64,000 bases of DNA from Geosiphon pyriformis uo1 (taxonomy: Eukaryota > Fungi > Glomeromycota), in NCBI GenBank assembly GCA_016748015.1, contig JAAOMT010000072.1, positions 7,040 through 71,039 of the forward strand, written 5' to 3'. Below, piece after piece: positions 1 to 13,004 of this stretch (its first letter is position 1; every line of letters begins with the position of its first letter). Below the pieces are notes generated by a model. The model ran no database searches. It saw only the letters and a program-made list of their open reading frames with translations, and was not told the DNA's origin. The translations under genes were made by a program, and so were the position numbers.

Positions 1-590
1 CACTATGTGAAACCCTAGCCAAAACCAGTGAAGAAACCAACCTATGGGACAAAGTATTGTCTTCAGCCTTGTTTGCTTACAGAACTGTGAATCATGACAT
101 AACAAGTTATGAACCTTTTTATTTGCTCTATGGATGCATAACAACACTACCAATAGAAACTAATATTAAAACAATACCCTTTGAAAAGATCACAATAGGG
201 AATTACAAAGACATTTTGCAAAGGAAACTTGGTACCATTCTTGATTCATTGGTAGAAGCACGGATAATTGCCTTTGAAAAGATAAAACAGTTCCAAAAGA
301 AGCTCAAAAAGAAAAAGACCTATAAAACACTTTCCTTAAGTGTTGGTGACTTAGTTTTGGAATACTGTTCAGACAGAGACAATGTCTATGGTGATAAATT
401 CTCTAGCCAGTGGAAAGGACCCTTTATAGTCAACAAAGTTTTGAACAATGGTTCTTATATCTTACAAGATCAATATGGAACAATATTCAGTAATCACCCT
501 GTTCATGGCATGCGACTCAAAAAATATCACAAACGACCTGATTGGTTACCTGTTGTGGTAATACTGACCCAAATGATCAGCAAAAATTAG
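1..590 (+). pseudogene. Integrase C-terminal half with GPY/F-type motif (family A)
   Basis: ORF 57-590 contains SALFAYRT...PFYLLYG...VGDLV...WKGPF...VHGMRLKKY. Confidence 0.9.
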
Positions 591-637
591 ATATAAATAA
601 ATGCACCATTCCCAAAACAGAGGTATCTTCAATCGAC

Positions 638-1293
638 ATGAACAATTATTTCCTGGATCAAAACATTCAAAACGCTTTCTATACTTTCCATGAGTACTGG
701 ATCAAGAACTATCCAAATGCTACTCTGACTATTGGAAAACAAACCACTATAACAGACAACAGTGGAACTCACACTGTTATTAGACCAAAGAAAACAACTA
801 CCAGAAGAGAAAGAATTGGTGGCAAAATGGATAAATACCTGCTGGAAAGCATAACAGCAGCGATACTTTCACCTTCCAGCACAATTGGAAAAACAATACA
901 AGAAATCTTGCCCATAGACAAAAACTTGTCATATGGAAGACAACTAGAACTCTATGGTCATCTTGGTGAAATCATAGAAGACATGAAGCTCATGAAGAAA
1001 ACAACTTCAGAGATACAAGTGGAAATTTTGGGCATTATACGATTGGATGTCCCAATAGTTTGACCATTGCTAAAAGAGCCAAAACTCTAATACAAAGATT
1101 TAGTCTCTTGGATACAAAGCTTATTTCGCCTCAAGTACTATATACTCTATCCACAAAAAACTTCAACAAACTAGTTAGTTTTGAGTTAGACAAAACCCTT
1201 CACATAGACTATCCCATAAATAGTTTGATTTCGCCGGAGCTCAATCTCTTTGGAGAGGATAATGTTATGGTTGAAACACATAGTTTTTATTAA
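638..1293 (+). pseudogene. Extra ORF downstream of integrase (ORF3, family A), frameshifted near 1055, stop codon inside the LTR
   Basis: ORFs 542-1063 and 1060-1293 join into one frame in copy A3 (31796-32548). Confidence 0.8.
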
Positions 1294-1892
1294 TTATCAC
1301 ATGTATTAGCCAATGATGTCATATAATTAGCCACCCTATTTTTAGATAGTGATCATTGACCTAATCGTTGACCACTTTAGACAGCTATATAAGCGATAAT
1401 TCCCTCAGCTGTAGAAAGACATGATCAAAGTAACGAAATAAACAATATTAATTACTTCCTCTCATAATCGCTTATTCTCCTTTCCTTACCTTCAAGTATC
1501 TACTTGTTGGCATTCACATACCTTATCTTTTTCCCTTCTTGATTTGTATTTGTTAGAATTAACCTGAGAAGCAATTGGCTTGCTCTTGTAATTCATTGAA
1601 TAAAGAAACAATTGAAAAGTACAACAATACCTGTTATTGATTCTAAGAATTGCCGAGTTGAGGCATAGAATAATAGCAGTGGTGTTATCTTGTTGACAAT
1701 CATGGACTATTCTTCTACTTTCAGATTTAAGAAAAGATTAGCAACTGTGATTTTTATGAGACTGATCACGCACATTGAATTCCTACTTATTCAATTTGCT
1801 CCCTTATTGTAATTTCTTCTTTGTTTATTTCCATCACCATACAATACTGTTCTCCCTTGCTATCCATTAGCTTGTTACTCCAACCTGTAACA
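1263..1892 (+). repeat. Family A 3' LTR (A1)
   Basis: tgttatggttgaaac...ccaacctgtaaca, with gctatataag TATA-like box. It matches the other family A LTRs and is closest to 50885-51582. Confidence 0.95.
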
Positions 1893-4114
1893 CTACTTTT
1901 GCTACCTAATGTATTAAACATATCTAATTCATACATCTTACTCATAATGCATACAAGTTCATGACTACTTTTAACAAGACTGGTTATCCACTTAGCAGTC
2001 TGATCTGGATCGGACTTGATATTAGAGGATTGAACCTCCCATAACTCCATCATTGCATCAAATGTATCATCATAGACTAAAAAATCTTTAGCATCACTAT
2101 TATCATCATCATTATCATCATCATTATCATTCATGTCTTCATCATCAGATATGTTATAGTGTATCTTCCCACTCCTCAACTTGAGGGCCCCTACTTCCTT
2201 TTGCAGCACAGAAGCCACAGCACAAACAGCCTTAATTTGGTTTCCCAATCCAATCACACTTTCCTTCATTGCCTCTGCCATAACTGGTGGAGTAAACAAC
2301 AACAACGTAGTAACCAATGCAACCAAAGAACTCACAGGCTCAACTATAGATTTGATCAACAAAGACAGTTCACCAAGTTGGGTTTCCAGAGAAGCCAACC
2401 TAGCATTAACAGCAACATCTGAACCAGAAGAGGCAACCGGCAATAGCAGCACCACAACTTTGGGGGAGGTACTGAAAGCCAGACCCGTATTAGTAGCAGC
2501 AGCAACAGGAGGAACCACAGAAGTGGCGGCTTTGGCATAGGATTTAGCTCCAATGAGAGATGACTTGAAAATGATGGGACCACCAGCAGAATTAGAAGAG
2601 AGTTTGGGAGGGAGAGGTGGCAACACCTTGCAGTCCACAGCCAAATGATCTAAACTTTGACATCTATAGCAGTGACGACATCCAGGAGTTTCCCACCAGA
2701 TGCAAGATACCAGTTTTTGAAACAGCAGCGTTCAATGATTCCAAAGAGCCAAAGGTCACCACTGCAAAGCATTGACGTCAATAGGAATCAGGGGAGCGGG
2801 GAATGAAACACATACGGCCACCAACTTGGGAGACCAGATCACTTATCTCAAATGCAGTGCAGCCAAATGGAAGATTAACCAGCTTAGCTTTGAAAGCATC
2901 TCTTGAAGAGATAACCTCCAACACAGACCAGTTAGAGAGAGCAGCAGCAGCAGAAGAAATGTCCTTAAAGTTAACCACAGCATATTGCCATAAGCCAGCA
3001 GGCTTCAACTTAACAGAAGTGACAACACCAAAAATGCCAAGAGCAGATTTGATGTCATCAGAAGAGGCACCCAAGGGTACATCACACAGTGCAACTGACA
3101 AAAAAGGGGAAGAAACAGAGGCCACTCCTGAAGACCGTGCAATCTTAAGAGTGGTTAAAAAAACCTCATTACCAATGGCCACTTTGGTAGCACCATTTAG
3201 ACACTCCTGAGATGCAAATTCTACACAGAACAACTTGACCATCTCGTGAAACAGATTTAAGCCCAATACAACCAGGCATCAACTGAAACAAAGAACTGAG
3301 CAAAGCCATCTTAATCTTAAACGTAACACCAGATACAAGATTAGAGGCCACCCAATCAGAGAACCTTTGACGTCCATTCACATTCACCCAAGCACTAGCA
3401 TCAGATGCACCAGAAACTGGGGGGGGGAACAGTTGATTCCATTTCCATCTGATCAGCCCAATCTTTGAGATCATCTGGATTGATGGACTGTTTTGCTACT
3501 GGGATTGGCGATGATCTGCCAAAGAGTACCACATCAGGCAACACAGCCAGTGGTTGATCTTGGCCCATCTTGGGAGATGTGCCACTGCTGTTGCCATCCA
3601 TATCAGGAATAGGGCTGGCTGCTGCTGTGGAAGATCTCATCTGGAACCACAAAGGAGTTCAGTGTGACCATGGCAGTTGCAACTGCCTGCTGCTGTTTTT
3701 TGGGATTTTTTGCTTTTGTGGCCATTTGTGAAGCAGTAGTAGTAGAAGTAGTAGTGGGAGTGGTGAGAGCAGGAAAAACCAACTTGTTGACTGGTCTGTT
3801 ATTAAAAATTTTTGGGCTCTTTGAAGTGGTAGAGACAACACTAGGACTAACTCAAGTGTGCCTTTTTGAAGGGACTTTGACTGGAGAAAAACTTCCAGCC
3901 AAAGGAGAAGAAAATGAACCAGAAGCCGCTAAAGGCAGCTTATTATTTTTTAAAAGAAATGTTGCCAGAATGTTTTGTCTAGCTGCTTCAATAACAGAGA
4001 GATCCTCTTATGTTGAAACTTTATTAGTTACTATAGGAAAAGTAACGTTTACAACTTTTTTACTCTTAGCTCTATTCGTGGTTATGAAATTTAGGAGAGA
4101 AAGAGTTTTTTTTT
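1893..4114 (-). mobile_element. ORF1-only non-LTR element copy 1 (5' end intact, 3' tail displaced outside the window by A1)
   Basis: Colinear with 19010-21290 and has the same 5' terminus aaaaaactctttctctcctaaattt. ORF fragments 1787-2644, 2778-3266, 3169-3474 and 3401-3652 encode the RRM/CCHC protein. Confidence 0.9.
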
Positions 4115-4197
4115 GTCTTTTTTTTTTCCCAAAAATTCCATTAAGGCAGAGTAGTTGTCCAAGTCCATTATCGTGTTTAATTGTAAGAGAATTACTA

Positions 4198-5502
4198 ATA
4201 ATTAGGTTGGTTTGGTTTGAGATAGTTGTACTGTCACTGGATGGTAAGTCTAGAGAGAGTGTTAGCATTTTGATGATGTGCTCCTTTGCGATGTTAAGTG
4301 TCATAGTCAAATTCGTCCAAGTGGAGTATGCAGCGAGTTATTCTTTTATGTTCTAGTTTCTTTTTGTTGTGTAACCAAACCAAAGCTTGGTGATCTGTTA
4401 CCACCAAAAACTTTACCCCCAGGAGATACTTATCCCAGTAACTGGTAGCCCAAACTACTGCTAAGCATTCCTGCTTAGTAACTGAATAGTTCTGTTCTAC
4501 TGGTATAAGGGTTCTACTGGCATATGCTATTGCATGTTCTCTGCTATCTTCATCTTTTTGTGACAGGACAGCACCAAGTTTATAACCAGATGCATCAGTA
4601 TGAAGGATAAAAGATTGATCCAGATCAGGTTGCTTGAGAATAGGTTCTGTAATCAATTTTTCTTTGAGGGTTTCAAATGCTTTCTGCTGATGTGTACCCC
4701 AGTGGTAATTAACATTTTTCCTAAGTAGCTGATTGAGTGGAGAGGTGATTTTGGAAAAATCTTTGACAAATGTCTGATAATAAGAAGCCAAACCAAGGAA
4801 AGAGTGCAGTTTATGAACATTCATTGGTTGTTTAATGTTCTGGACTTTTTCAACCTTGGCTGGGTCAGGAAAGATTCCATCCTTTGTAATAAGATGGCCA
4901 AGAAATTGGGTTGATTGCTGTCCAAAGAAAGATTTGATTGGGTTTATCTTAAGGCCAGCATTTCTAAGGAGGTCAAAAACCTTTTGCAAATGTTCAAGAT
5001 GTTCATTCCAGGTTTTTGAGTACACCATTATGTCATCCAAATAAACTAGAACAAAATTTTCTTTTACTGATTCAAATACTTTGTCCATTAAGCATTGAAA
5101 GGTGGGAGGAGCATTGGTGAGACCAAAAGGCATGACTGTGAATTCATAGGTGCCATACTTGGTTATGAAGGTGGTTTTCTTCCGACTTTCTGGATCCATC
5201 TCTACTTGCCAAAATCCAGCAGTTAGATCAATAGTTGAAAAGAAAGCAGCATCTTTGAATTGGTCCAGCATTGCATCAATCTTGGGAAGTGGATACATGT
5301 CTCTTTCAGTGATGGCATTTAATTGGCAGTAGTCAACACAGAAGCATAGGGTTCCATATTTCTTGGATACCACTACAACTGGAAAAGCCCATTCACTCTT
5401 GGTTTTTTGTATAAATCCAAGTTCTTTCATGCAACAATTGGACTGATAAGGCTTCAAATGGATAGGGCGAGTTTCTCTGGTGGTGATAGTGTGTTGTATC
5501 AC
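4198..5502 (-). pseudogene. Reverse transcriptase + RNase H (A2)
   Basis: ORF 4294-5502 contains FCVDY, IDLTAGFWQV, MPFGLTNAP, VYLDDI, TDASG, AYASR and TDHQAL. Confidence 0.96.
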
Positions 5503-5508
5503 ATGGGT

Positions 5509-6894
5509 TCATCCAGGAGTATCACCTTCTTTTGAGATAACTGGGCTATTTCTAGCCAACATATTTTCAATGTCTATCTTTCTTTCTTCTGGAGAGGGTT
5601 CTCTTTGTTCTACAACTAATGATTGGATTTCAGGTGGTTTACTTTTAAATGACTTCTGTACTTCTTTCAATTCTTCTCTGGGTATCAAACTGATTGGTTC
5701 CCAATCTTTGTAATAGATCAGGCATGATTTGCATTCATCACTTGGAGAATACAAGGGTTGATTGCACCAGCACTGGGCACAAGGACCATGCCACCAATAA
5801 CAGTACTTGGCTTTCTTGCCAGGCTTCTGGTCAAAAGTTCTTCTTAGGATATTAGAGTAGGGTCAGCAGATCAACTTGCCATTCACAATGATTCCCTCTC
5901 TATCAGTTTTAACATTGTCTAGTGGCTTGCCATTGCTGGTAAAGGTGGTGTAGGCAAGTTCAGCAGTTTCTTCTTGTTTTTCTTGTTCATCTTCTTCATC
6001 ACTCTCTTCATCATCTGATTCCTCTGATTGCTCATCTTCTTGATTATGTTTGGTTGCTGGAGGAGTTGTCCAATGGCAACATTTAACCACAATGGGTTTT
6101 TCACCACATCTTATAGTTAGCTTACAAAGTTTATAGTCGAGTAAGGCTTTTGTTTTCTTGAGCCACTCATTGCCAACAATGATGGTGTATTCTTTAGCTT
6201 TAGAAACTTCCATGTCAGTTTTAATACTGATGCCATTGATGTGGACAGGAATAGCTTTGGCAATGCCCAGACGTTTTTTCTTGTCACCATGTACATTGGT
6301 CATTGGTCAGGTGGAAGGCTCATCAATTTTTCTGCCAATTGTTTCAAGGAAGTGTTTGGCAATTACACTAACAGATGATCCACTGTCTAGGATCAAGTCA
6401 ATAAAGTAACCAGCCACTTGTGCTTTGCAAATTAAAGAAATGACATTGCTGTTGTCAGCAAGTCCAGCTTGGCAAAGGCATTTATTGGTCTTTGGTGTTT
6501 TCTTCTTGGAGATTAGAGATTTGTGGAGATCTTTTCTGAACTGTGGATGAGTCATTAACTGGCCAAAGGTAATGTGTGCTGGGGTTTCCATGAGATCTTT
6601 GACAACAGAATAGGGTCCAGATTTTTGTACAATTTCTGGGGGTTCCAACTTTGGAGAGTTCTTAAAAACTTTGGCTTTTGGTGGCTCATTGTTATCAGCA
6701 GTGGAAGTTGAGACTTTGTTGAGATCTAGAACGAAATCAACCTTGGCTTTCTTCTTTTTTCTGGTTGATTCAGAAGTGTTGATTGCTAATTCATCCATGT
6801 CATGGTCATCATCAGTTAAGTTAAAAGCGAAAAAGGGGTTTTCTTCTGGTTGGCTTGCACTCTTACCCTTTGGAGGTGTGCCTACCAGTTTAAA
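5509..6894 (-). pseudogene. Pol N-terminus: aspartic protease, acidic tract and small Cys cluster (A2)
   Basis: LILDSGSSVSVI and IIVGNEWL, followed by WW..GPCAQCWCNQPLYSPSDECKSC. Confidence 0.88.
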
Positions 6895-8325
6895 GGCTGA
6901 TAGACTGTGGCTTCAATTAGAGGATCCTCTCCAAAGAAATTGATGTTGACATGGTTGGGTCTTTGATTGGGAGCATTATTGTTGATGGGTCTATTGTTTT
7001 GATTATTATTATTTCTGGGGACTGGAGGAGGTAAAGAAGGATTGTTGCAATCTCTTGAGAAATGTCCAGTTAATCCACATCTATAATATACAGGAGGACC
7101 ACGATTTTGCTGTCTTTGATAAGGAGGTTGCTGGGGCTGATTAAAACGTGATTCATATCTGGGTCTTTGTAGTTGTTGGTTATCTCTAACTGCTTGTGCC
7201 AAAAGTTCTAATAACCAGGCAAGATTGGCTGTGAGCCTATCAATTAATTGTTCATTTGGATCTTGAGTTTGGGCAGCAAAAGAGGCAGCAGCCATTTGAG
7301 AGGCAGGAGCCATGACAGGAGCAGGAGCAAAAACTGGAAGTGTAGATCCCAAATGTATTCTTTGGTTGTTTTCAATTCGTTGGGCAAGTTCAATGGCCAT
7401 GTTCATTGTAGGATTGTCTTTCAGGGCCAAGAGAGGCCAAAAAGCATAAGATAAATCGGTTCTCAATCCTTTTGTGAAGGAATGAATTTTTTGCTCTTTT
7501 GTCCAATTTTTTCCAGAGTCTACACACTTGATTAACTTTCTGATTGCTTTAGCATATTCAGTTACAATTTCACCAGGGCCTTGAGTTCTTCTTTCTAATT
7601 CCATGTGCCACTTGGATATCAAGATTGGAGTTCTGAACTTGTTTTCAAACCAGGTTGTGAAAGAGGTGTTGTTTTCTCCGGCATTTGCTGGCATCCATCT
7701 AATGATTCTTTGATGGGCATTAGCATCAGTTTTCTGTGAAAACCATGTAGCAGGGGAGCCTTGGAGGTAGCCACCAACAATTTGAAACTTGTACTCATCA
7801 TCATATTGGTTGGCTGTAGCAGCTCTCTCAAAGTCATCCAACCATTCAATTGGATCTTGGGCATCACCTCTGAATAATGGTAATGGGGTGTTGTTTCTTC
7901 GCCCTAAAGCAGTCTGTATATCTTGGAGGGCAATCAGAATGTTTTGTTGCAGAGGGTCTTGAGCCATTGGTTCAGGTGTAACTGTTTGTGTGGAGTGTTC
8001 TGATTCACTTGAAAAGAGNNNNNNNNNNNNNNNNNNNNGTTGCAGAATATAAAAGCTGATTGATACTGTTGTTTCTTCCTTCAAAGTTGTCTTCAAAATA
8101 AGCTTGGTCAAAGTAATAGATTGTATAAGCTGTGTAGGTTTCAGCTGAATGCTCATTCAAGAACCAGTTCCAAAAGTCTTGGAATTGTCTGCTGGATTGT
8201 TCTTCAATGGGAAAGCAAATCAAGCAGAAGGGCAAAGAATTGAGTTCAATAAAGTCTAGATCGTTTTTGTTGTGTGCTTTAAAGTGTTTTTCTGATTGTT
8301 GTGGCAGGTATGAATAATTACCCAT
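6882..8325 (-). pseudogene. Gag with capsid-like domain and zinc knuckle (A2)
   Basis: LPLFRGDAQDPIEWLDDF, QGPGE.V.EY and FTKGL. The knuckle reads YYRCGLTGHFSRDC here and CYCCGLTGHFSRDC in A3. Confidence 0.9.
8019..8038. other. Assembly gap (20 N)
   Basis: Run of N. Comparison with A3 (about 24297-24428) suggests roughly 130 bp belongs here. Confidence 0.99.
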
Positions 8326-8354
8326 ACAATAGGAAACAAAGTGGATTTTGACAA

Positions 8355-8371
8355 CCTCATAGGGAGCACCA
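8355..8371 (-). promoter_or_regulatory. Primer-binding site of family A (tggtgctccctatgagg)
   Basis: TGG-initiated tRNA-complementary motif 6 nt (taaaag) after the 5' LTR. It is repeated at 23966, about 30428-30444 and 51589. Confidence 0.8.
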
Positions 8372-8377
8372 CTTTTA

Positions 8378-9053
8378 TGTTACAGGTTGGAGTAACAAGC
8401 TAACAGATAGTAAGGAAGAACAGGATTGTAGGGTGATGGAAATAATCAAAGAGAATTTCAACTTTAAAGAGCGAATTGAATGAGTATGGATTCAATGTGT
8501 GAGATCAGTCTCATAAAATATCTCAGTCGCTATTCTTTTCAAAGGTAACTGGGGAATCTGAAGGTAGAGGGATAGTCCGTACTGTCAACAATTGATCACC
8601 ACTGGTATAATTCTATGCCTCACATTGGCGCTCTTAGAATTCAATATCAGGTATCAACTTGTGCTTTTCAGTCATGTTTATTTAAATAATCTTCAAATGC
8701 TACAATTATATCATCAAGAAAAGGCCAACAAGTAATCTTTTATCTTTAAGATGTTCAGATGGAAAGGGAAATTAGCAATAAGAGAAGGATTGAGATGAAA
8801 GTTGTTATTTTATTTATTCTTGATTATTCAAATGCTTGTTATTACATGCTTTTCTACAGTTAAGAGATTCATTGCTTATATAGCTATCAAAAGTGGTCAA
8901 TGATCAGATCAATGATCAGGTCATTGATCAGATCAACAGTCAGGTCAACGGTCAGGTCAATGATCACTTTCTAAAAATAGTGTGTCTAATCATATGACAT
9001 CAATGGCTAATACATGTGATAATTAATAAGAAGTATAGGTCTCAACCATAATA
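8378..9053 (-). repeat. Family A 5' LTR (A2)
   Basis: Reverse complement of the family A LTR, adjacent to the PBS. Confidence 0.94.
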
Positions 9054-9137
9054 TTACTATAGAAAAAGTAATGTTTGCAACTTTTTTACTCTTAGCTCTA
9101 GTCATAGTCATAAAATTTAGAAGAGAAAGAGTTTTTT
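9054..9137 (-). mobile_element. ORF1-only element copy 4, 5'-terminal 84 bp (remainder displaced by A2)
   Basis: Matches 21207-21290 and encodes MTMTRAKSKKVANITFSIV. Confidence 0.88.
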
Positions 9138-9148
9138 GTCTGCATCTT

Positions 9149-12100
9149 ATTATTAGTAACTCTCTTACAAACAAACACAATAATAGACTTGGACAACTAC
9201 TTTGCTTTAATAGAATTTTTGAGTAAAGAACAATACCCACCAGACTACACTCAACAGCAAAGTAAACATTTGTGCAAACAATCAAATTTCTATTTGATTT
9301 ACCAGAACCAACTGTATAAAAGATCCTGACCACCCCCAGAGAGTTATCAAATTTGAAGAAAGAGAAATTGTAATATACAACATATACACTGATCCATTAG
9401 CTAGACACTTTGGAAAAACAAAAACAATTCAGAAAACTTTAGCTTGCTATTATTGGCCTACCTTAAGAAAAAACATTGCTGAGTACATTAAAACCTGTGA
9501 CACTTGCCAAAGAAGAGAAAAACCCAACCAGAAGAAAGATATCTATCTAATCTCTATTGACCAACCATTTGACAGAATTGGTATAGATGTTGTTGGACCC
9601 TTAACAATAACTCCTGATGGCAATAGATATATTATTACAGCTACTGACTATCTTACAAAGTGAGTAGAAGCAAGAGCCACCTCAGACCAAACAGCAGTCT
9701 CAATAGCCAATTTCAGTTATGAAAATATTATTTGCTGTCATGGCTGCCCCAAAGAACTTTTATCTGATAAAAGAAGAGCTTTTCTCAGTACACTGGTTGA
9801 AGAACTTTGTAGAAAAATGGGAATACATCATAAACTTTTCTCCCCTTATCATCCCCAAACAAATGGCCTAGTGAAAGATTTCAATAGAACACTATGTAAA
9901 ACTCTAGCCAAAACCAGGAAAGAAACAAACTTATGAGACAAAGTACTGCCTTCAGCTTTGTTTGCTTATAGTGTTATGGGTTGGAGTAACAAGCTAATAG
10001 ATAGCAAAGAAGAACAGGATTGTAGGGTGATGGAAATAATCAAAGGGGAATTCAACTTCAAAGAGTGAATTGAATAAGTATGGATTCAATGTGCAAGATC
10101 AGTCTCATAAAATATCTCAGTCGCTATACTTTTCAAAGATAACCGGGGAATCTGAAGGTAGAGGGATAGTCCGTACTGTCAACAAATAATCATACTTGGT
10201 ATAATTCTATGCTTCACATCAGCACTCTTAGAATTCAATATCAAGTATCAGATGTGCTCTTTAGTCATGTTTTATTCAATAATCTTCAAATACTTCGTTT
10301 AATTGTTTCAGGAAAAGGCAGATAAACACCAACAAGAGATCTTTTATCCAAAAGATGTTCAGATACTTGAAGATAGGGAAAGAGAAATTAGCGATAAGAG
10401 AATGTTTGAAATGAAAGTTGTTTTATTATATTTCTTTGATTGTTGGGAACATACTTTTCTACAGCTAAGAGACTCATTGCTTATATAGCTATGAAAAGTG
10501 GTCAACAATCAGATCAATGATCAGGTCAATGATCAGGTCAATGGTCAGGTCATTGATCAAGTCAATAATTACTATCTAAAAATAGGTTGGCTAATTATAT
10601 AACATCAATGGCTAATATATGTGATAACTAATAAAAACTATGAGTTTCAACCATAACAATAGAACTGTGAATCATGACATAACAAGTTATGAACCTTTTT
10701 ATCTGCTCTATAAATATATGACAATACTACCAATAGAAACTGACATTGAAACAATACCCTTTGAAGAGATCACAATAGGAAATTACAAAGACATTTTGCA
10801 AAGAAGACTTGGTACCATTCTTGACTCCTTGGTAGAAGCATGAATAATTGCTTTTGAAAAGATAAAACAGTTCCAAGAAAAGCTTAAGAAAAAGAAAACC
10901 TATAAAACACTTTCTTTAAGTGTTGGTGATTTGGTACTAGAATACCATTCTGACAGAAACAATGTTTATGGTGATAAATTTTCTAGCCAGTGGAAAAGAC
11001 TCTTTTTAATCAACAAAGTTTTGAACAATGGTTTTTATATTCTTCAAGATCAATCTGGAACAATCTTCAATGATCATCTTGTTCATAGTACATGACTCAA
11101 AAAATATCATAAACAACCTAATTGGTTGTCTATTGTGGTAATATCAACTTAAATGGTTAGCAAAAATCAAGTATAAATAAATGCACCATTCCCAAAACAG
11201 AGATATCTTCAATTAACATGAATAATTGTTTTCTGGATCAAAACATTTAAAATGTCTTCTATACTCTCCATAAGTATTAAATTAAAAACTATCTAAATGC
11301 TACTCTTATCATTGGAAAACAAACCACTATAATTGATAACAGTAGAACACATACTGTGATTAGACCCAAGAAAACCATTACCAGAAGAGAAAAAATTGGT
11401 AGCAAAATGGATAAATATTTGTTAGAAAGTATAAAAGCAGCTATACTTCTATCTTTCAGCACAATTGGAAAAACACTCCAAGAAATTTTGCCCATAGACA
11501 AAAACTTGTCATATGGAAGACAATTAAAACTCTATGGTTACCTTGGTGAAATTATAGAGAACATAAAACTAATGAAGAAAACAATTTCAGAGATACAGAT
11601 AAAAACTTTGGACATTATATGGTTAGATGTTTTAAGAGTTTTGACTATTGCTAAAAGAGCCAAAACTCTTATATAAAGATTTGGTTTCTTAGATACAAAA
11701 CTTATTTTGCCTCAAGTATTATATACCTTATTCACAAAAAACTTCAATAAACTAATTAGCTTTAAATTAGACAAAACCCTTCAAATAGATTATCTCATGA
11801 ATAACTTGATTTTCCCAGAGCTCAATCTCTTTAGAGAGAATAATATTATGGTTAAAACTCATACTTTTTATTAGTTATCACATATATTAGCCACTAATAT
11901 CATATAATTAGCCACCCTATTTTTGGATAGTGATTATTAACCTAATCAATGACTTAACTGTTGACCTGATTATTAATCTGATCATTGACTACTTTTGATA
12001 GCTATATAAGCAATGAATCTCTTAGCTGTAAATAAAATAACAACTTTTATCTCAATTCTTTTCTTATTACTAATTTTTTTTTTCTTATCTTCAGTATTTG

Positions 12101-12488
12101 AACATTTTGGGATAAAAGATTACTTGTTGGTTATTTTTTATCTTTTCCTGAAATATGTAATTGTAGCATTTGAAGATTAATAAATAAAACATAACTAAAG
12201 AGTACATCTGATATCTGATATTGAATTCTAAGAGTGCCGATGTGAGACATAGAATTATACCAGTGTGTGATTATTTATTAATAGTATAGACTATTTCTCT
12301 ACCTTCAGATTCTCCAGTTATCTTTTGAAAAGTATAATAACTGAGATATTTTATGAAACTGATCTTGCATATTGAATCTATACTTATTCAATTTGCTCTT
12401 TGAAGTTGAATTCTCTTTGATTTCTTTTATCACTCTACAATTTTGTTCTCCCTTGTTATCCATTAGCTTGTTACTCCAACCCATAATA
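9149..12488 (+). mobile_element. Gypsy family A copy A0 (integrase, ORF3, 3' LTR 11844-12488), decayed, carrying a solo LTR
   Basis: HHCC region (HTDPLARHFG...CDTCQ), GIDVVGP, YHPQTNG, ORF3 remnant 11356-11676 and LTR. The right flank is gtat. Confidence 0.9.
9972..10658 (-). repeat. Solo LTR, family A, 4-bp TSD ATAG
   Basis: atag at 9968-9971 and 10659-10662. Removing the LTR restores integrase AYRTV. Confidence 0.95.
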
Positions 12489-12869
12489 GTATACTCAAAA
12501 ACCTGGAATGAATATTTTAAACACTTGCAAAAGATTTTTAACCTCTTTAGAAATGCTGGCCTCAAGATCAATTCAATCAAATCTTTTTTTGGATGTTAAT
12601 TCACCTAGTTTTTTGGTCATTTTATTACAAAAAATAGAATATTCTCTGATCCTGCTAAAGTTAAAAAAGTCCAGAACATTAGACAACAAATAAATGTTTA
12701 TGAACTATGCTCTTTTTTTGGATTGGCCACCTATTATCACAAATTCATTAAGGATTTCTCCAAAATCATCTTTCTTTTTAATCAGCTTCTCAAGAAAACT
12801 GTCAATTATTATTGGAGTATACATCAACAAAAAACATTTGAAACTTTAAAGAAAAAATTAGTTACAAAA
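12489..12869 (+). pseudogene. RT fragment of the oldest host family A-like element (continues at 23132-23263 and, inverted, at 31108-31183)
   Basis: VYSKTWNE...KTFETLKKKLVT, then LILMQSDL..FILHTDVS, then YASKTLLPAEQNY. Confidence 0.85.
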
Positions 12870-13004
12870 TGTATTTAAAAAACTTTTTTTTCTCTTTTTG
12901 ACTGCTACCACACAATTTACTACACTTCAAATTTGAAAAATAAGTTTTTGCAAAGAAACCTTTAACTGAAATATATTATTATTACTATTACAACAGACTT
13001 AAAA

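Larger units (their letters stand above)
1..1892 (+). mobile_element. Ty3/gypsy-type LTR retrotransposon family A, copy A1 (3' part: integrase end, ORF3, PPT, 3' LTR), inserted into ORF1-only element copy 1
   Basis: Integrase C-terminus (LFAYRT, WKGPF), purine tract ggagaggataa 1252-1262 and a TG...CA LTR. The right flank ctac resumes the ORF1-only element. Confidence 0.92.
4128..9053 (-). mobile_element. Gypsy family A copy A2 (5' LTR, PBS, gag, PR, RT, RNase H), interrupted at the integrase start
   Basis: LTR 8378-9053, PBS, gag, LILDSGSS, YLDD and LHTDASG. It sits inside ORF1-only copy 4. Confidence 0.93.

Noticed and set aside
1787-1892. C-terminal extension VTGWSNKLMDSKG... seen on several ORFs
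   Set aside because: It is read-through into the antisense strand of the family A LTR, not a shared domain.
8915-8966. CRISPR-like or iteron-like array
   Set aside because: These are contiguous 12-bp units without unique spacers, inside LTRs, and no cas genes are present.
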